A stretch of 64,000 nt of DNA from Camelus ferus (lineage: Eukaryota), in contig NC_045696.1 of assembly GCF_009834535.1 (NCBI RefSeq), forward strand, positions 107,076,001 through 107,140,000, written 5' to 3'. Both the position numbers and the translations under genes were made by a program. Numbering within the stretch: the stretch's first letter is position 1; each line of letters begins with the position of its first letter. This document shows, one piece after another, positions 62,365-64,000 of the stretch. The notes beneath the pieces were generated by a model. It searched no databases. It had not been told where the DNA came from and was given only the letters and a program-made list of their open reading frames with translations.

Positions 62365-62924
62365 TGAGAAAGAAAAGAATACTGGCAGCCTGACCTCTGT
62401 TTTGCTAGGAACCATCCTGGCCCCTCCAGGTACAAAAACAAAAAATAACTTCACAGAACATCATTATCAGACAAGGCTACTATGAAACCATAATGGATCA
62501 AGACAAAAACAAGACCACTCCAGAATCATGTCTGAATACAGTCAAAACATGAACATTCTTCAAGCCCCCAAAATACCCACCATCCCCCCCGACCCAGCTA
62601 CTAGGAATGACGGCTACCTCTTTGCCTGTTACAGCTCCAGCTTCTGTACAGTCCTCTCTCCTAGATAAAATGTGTTAGATACTCAGTCATAGACTTACCC
62701 TTCTTCCTGACAGCATCCAATCCAGAGAAAAATCCCGTTTCCTTGAACTCTTTGAAAATCTCTTAACACAAGCCCAATTCTATGATAAGTTCTTTCTAAC
62801 ACCCTCTTACTGACAGCATCTCAGTTCTTTATGGCCTGTGGCTTCCCCTCACTGCACCAAGTCATAAACCAAACTTGTTCAACTAAGATGTGCTCTTGCT
62901 GGTCTTGGCTGGAGGGCCTTGACG
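62365..62924 (+). mobile_element. MER90-like ERV1 solo LTR
   Basis: TGAGAA start; tcacagaacatcattatcagacaagg...ggatcaagacaaaaacaagaccactcc...cagcatccaatccagag...tggctggagggccttgac end. Confidence 0.75.
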
Positions 62925-63399
62925 TTTCAAACTCTGAGGAAGTCAAGGGGGATAGTTTATACCATAAATAAAAAGATTAGAAAGAATGTGTGTGGTCATT
63001 CGAAGTTGTTTTCCCAATCCCCACCCATAGTAGACTGTATACTGCTCCATAATCTGATGAGGTGAGGCAAAGGGAGAAAAGATCAAAGCAAACACACTGG
63101 CATTTGCTGCTGAAAGATGAGTACACTCTGTGGGAACACTGGAACATCCAAACCCCGTACTGCGGTCACTGCATGGGAAGGAAGAGACCTGGACCCTGGT
63201 GAGTCCCTGAGAGGAGCGTTCATGCTGTTTACTCTCCCATCTCGCCCCATCTGCCCCCGCCAACCCACCCACACACCAGGCCAAGTGTTTGGGAGGCAGT
63301 GTTCATTACAGAATTCCCAGATAGATTTGGGGATGCAAGAGTAAGGAGGACCTGTACTCAATTCCCAGATGCAGCTCAGAACTCAGTCAAAGTCATGGA

Positions 63400-63784
63400 A
63401 CTTCCCAAAGCCCAGCATCAAGGCCCTCTGAACCCAGACATTTAAGGATTTTTATGGAGGTTCTTTACATACGTAGGATGAGTTAATCTAGCATTAGCCA
63501 CTGGTGATTGAAATCAGCCTCCAACTTGGAGGTGGGCCTAATAATGCCAAGCTTCTAGTAAAGGCTTTGCCTTCCTGGTGACCAGCTCCCCGATCCTAGA
63601 ACTGTCTATGGGCCCAGCAAGAATCACTTCCTTAGCTTAAACTCAGGTATGATTAAAGGGGCTTGTTAGGATTAACAAAAGATTCTCCTATCACTTTTTT
63701 CACTCAGGATATTCCAAAGGTTTTAGGAGTTCTGTGCCAGGAACCAGGGACAAAGACCAAATATTTATTTCTTATTATACCATG
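63400..63784 (-). mobile_element. MER21-like LTR fragment
   Basis: tttttatggagg...gccactggtgattgaa...ctggtgaccagctcccc...ggttttaggagttctgtgccaggaaccagggacaaagaccaaata. Confidence 0.75.
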
Positions 63785-64000
63785 CCAGCATAGTGCATCG
63801 AAAGCCAAGTGGGGACAACCAACAGGATTGTGGGACCAGCTAAGACCTAAACCTGAAGAAGCCTTGTGGTTGGGATAAAGAGACACAGCTGTAATCTACA
63901 GGGACCAGTCCTTATGGACCAGATGGAAATGAGATGTTCAGAAGATGCCAGTGTGGACGATGCTGAGATGTCTTGGCATTCTGATCCCCACCAAGAATTC

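Overview
Gene-poor, repeat-dense mammalian genomic DNA, most likely from a camelid (alpaca, llama or camel). That call rests on four tRNA-derived SINEs matching my recollection of Vic-1 (GGGGAGGGTATAGCTCAGTGGTAGAG...TACCTCC) and on young L1 3' ends of the type I associate with camelids. I found no recognisable cellular protein-coding gene, rRNA, true tRNA or CRISPR array. The ORF track consists of decayed L1 fragments and ORFs with no recognisable homology. The window is a stack of old L1M/HAL1, L2, MIR, MaLR/ERV solo LTRs and hAT/Tigger DNA transposon fossils, with younger L1/SINE insertions carrying readable target-site duplications (TSDs). Several apparently TE-free islands (about 14.0-16.3, 33.2-35.0, 35.9-36.9 and 38.0-40.2 kb) contain CTCF- or HNF1-like motifs and a few well-formed splice-site pairs. 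The most notable structures are a candidate spliced or internally deleted L1 (51.9 kb), a twin-priming 5'-inverted L1 (46.9 kb), an L1 tail inserted near the homologous position of another L1 tail (43.9 kb), SINEs with extra 5' or 3' sequence inside their TSDs, and a MER20B split into four pieces. I found no convincing novel biological system. Repeat family names come from recalled consensus sequences, not a database search, and boundaries of old elements are approximate.
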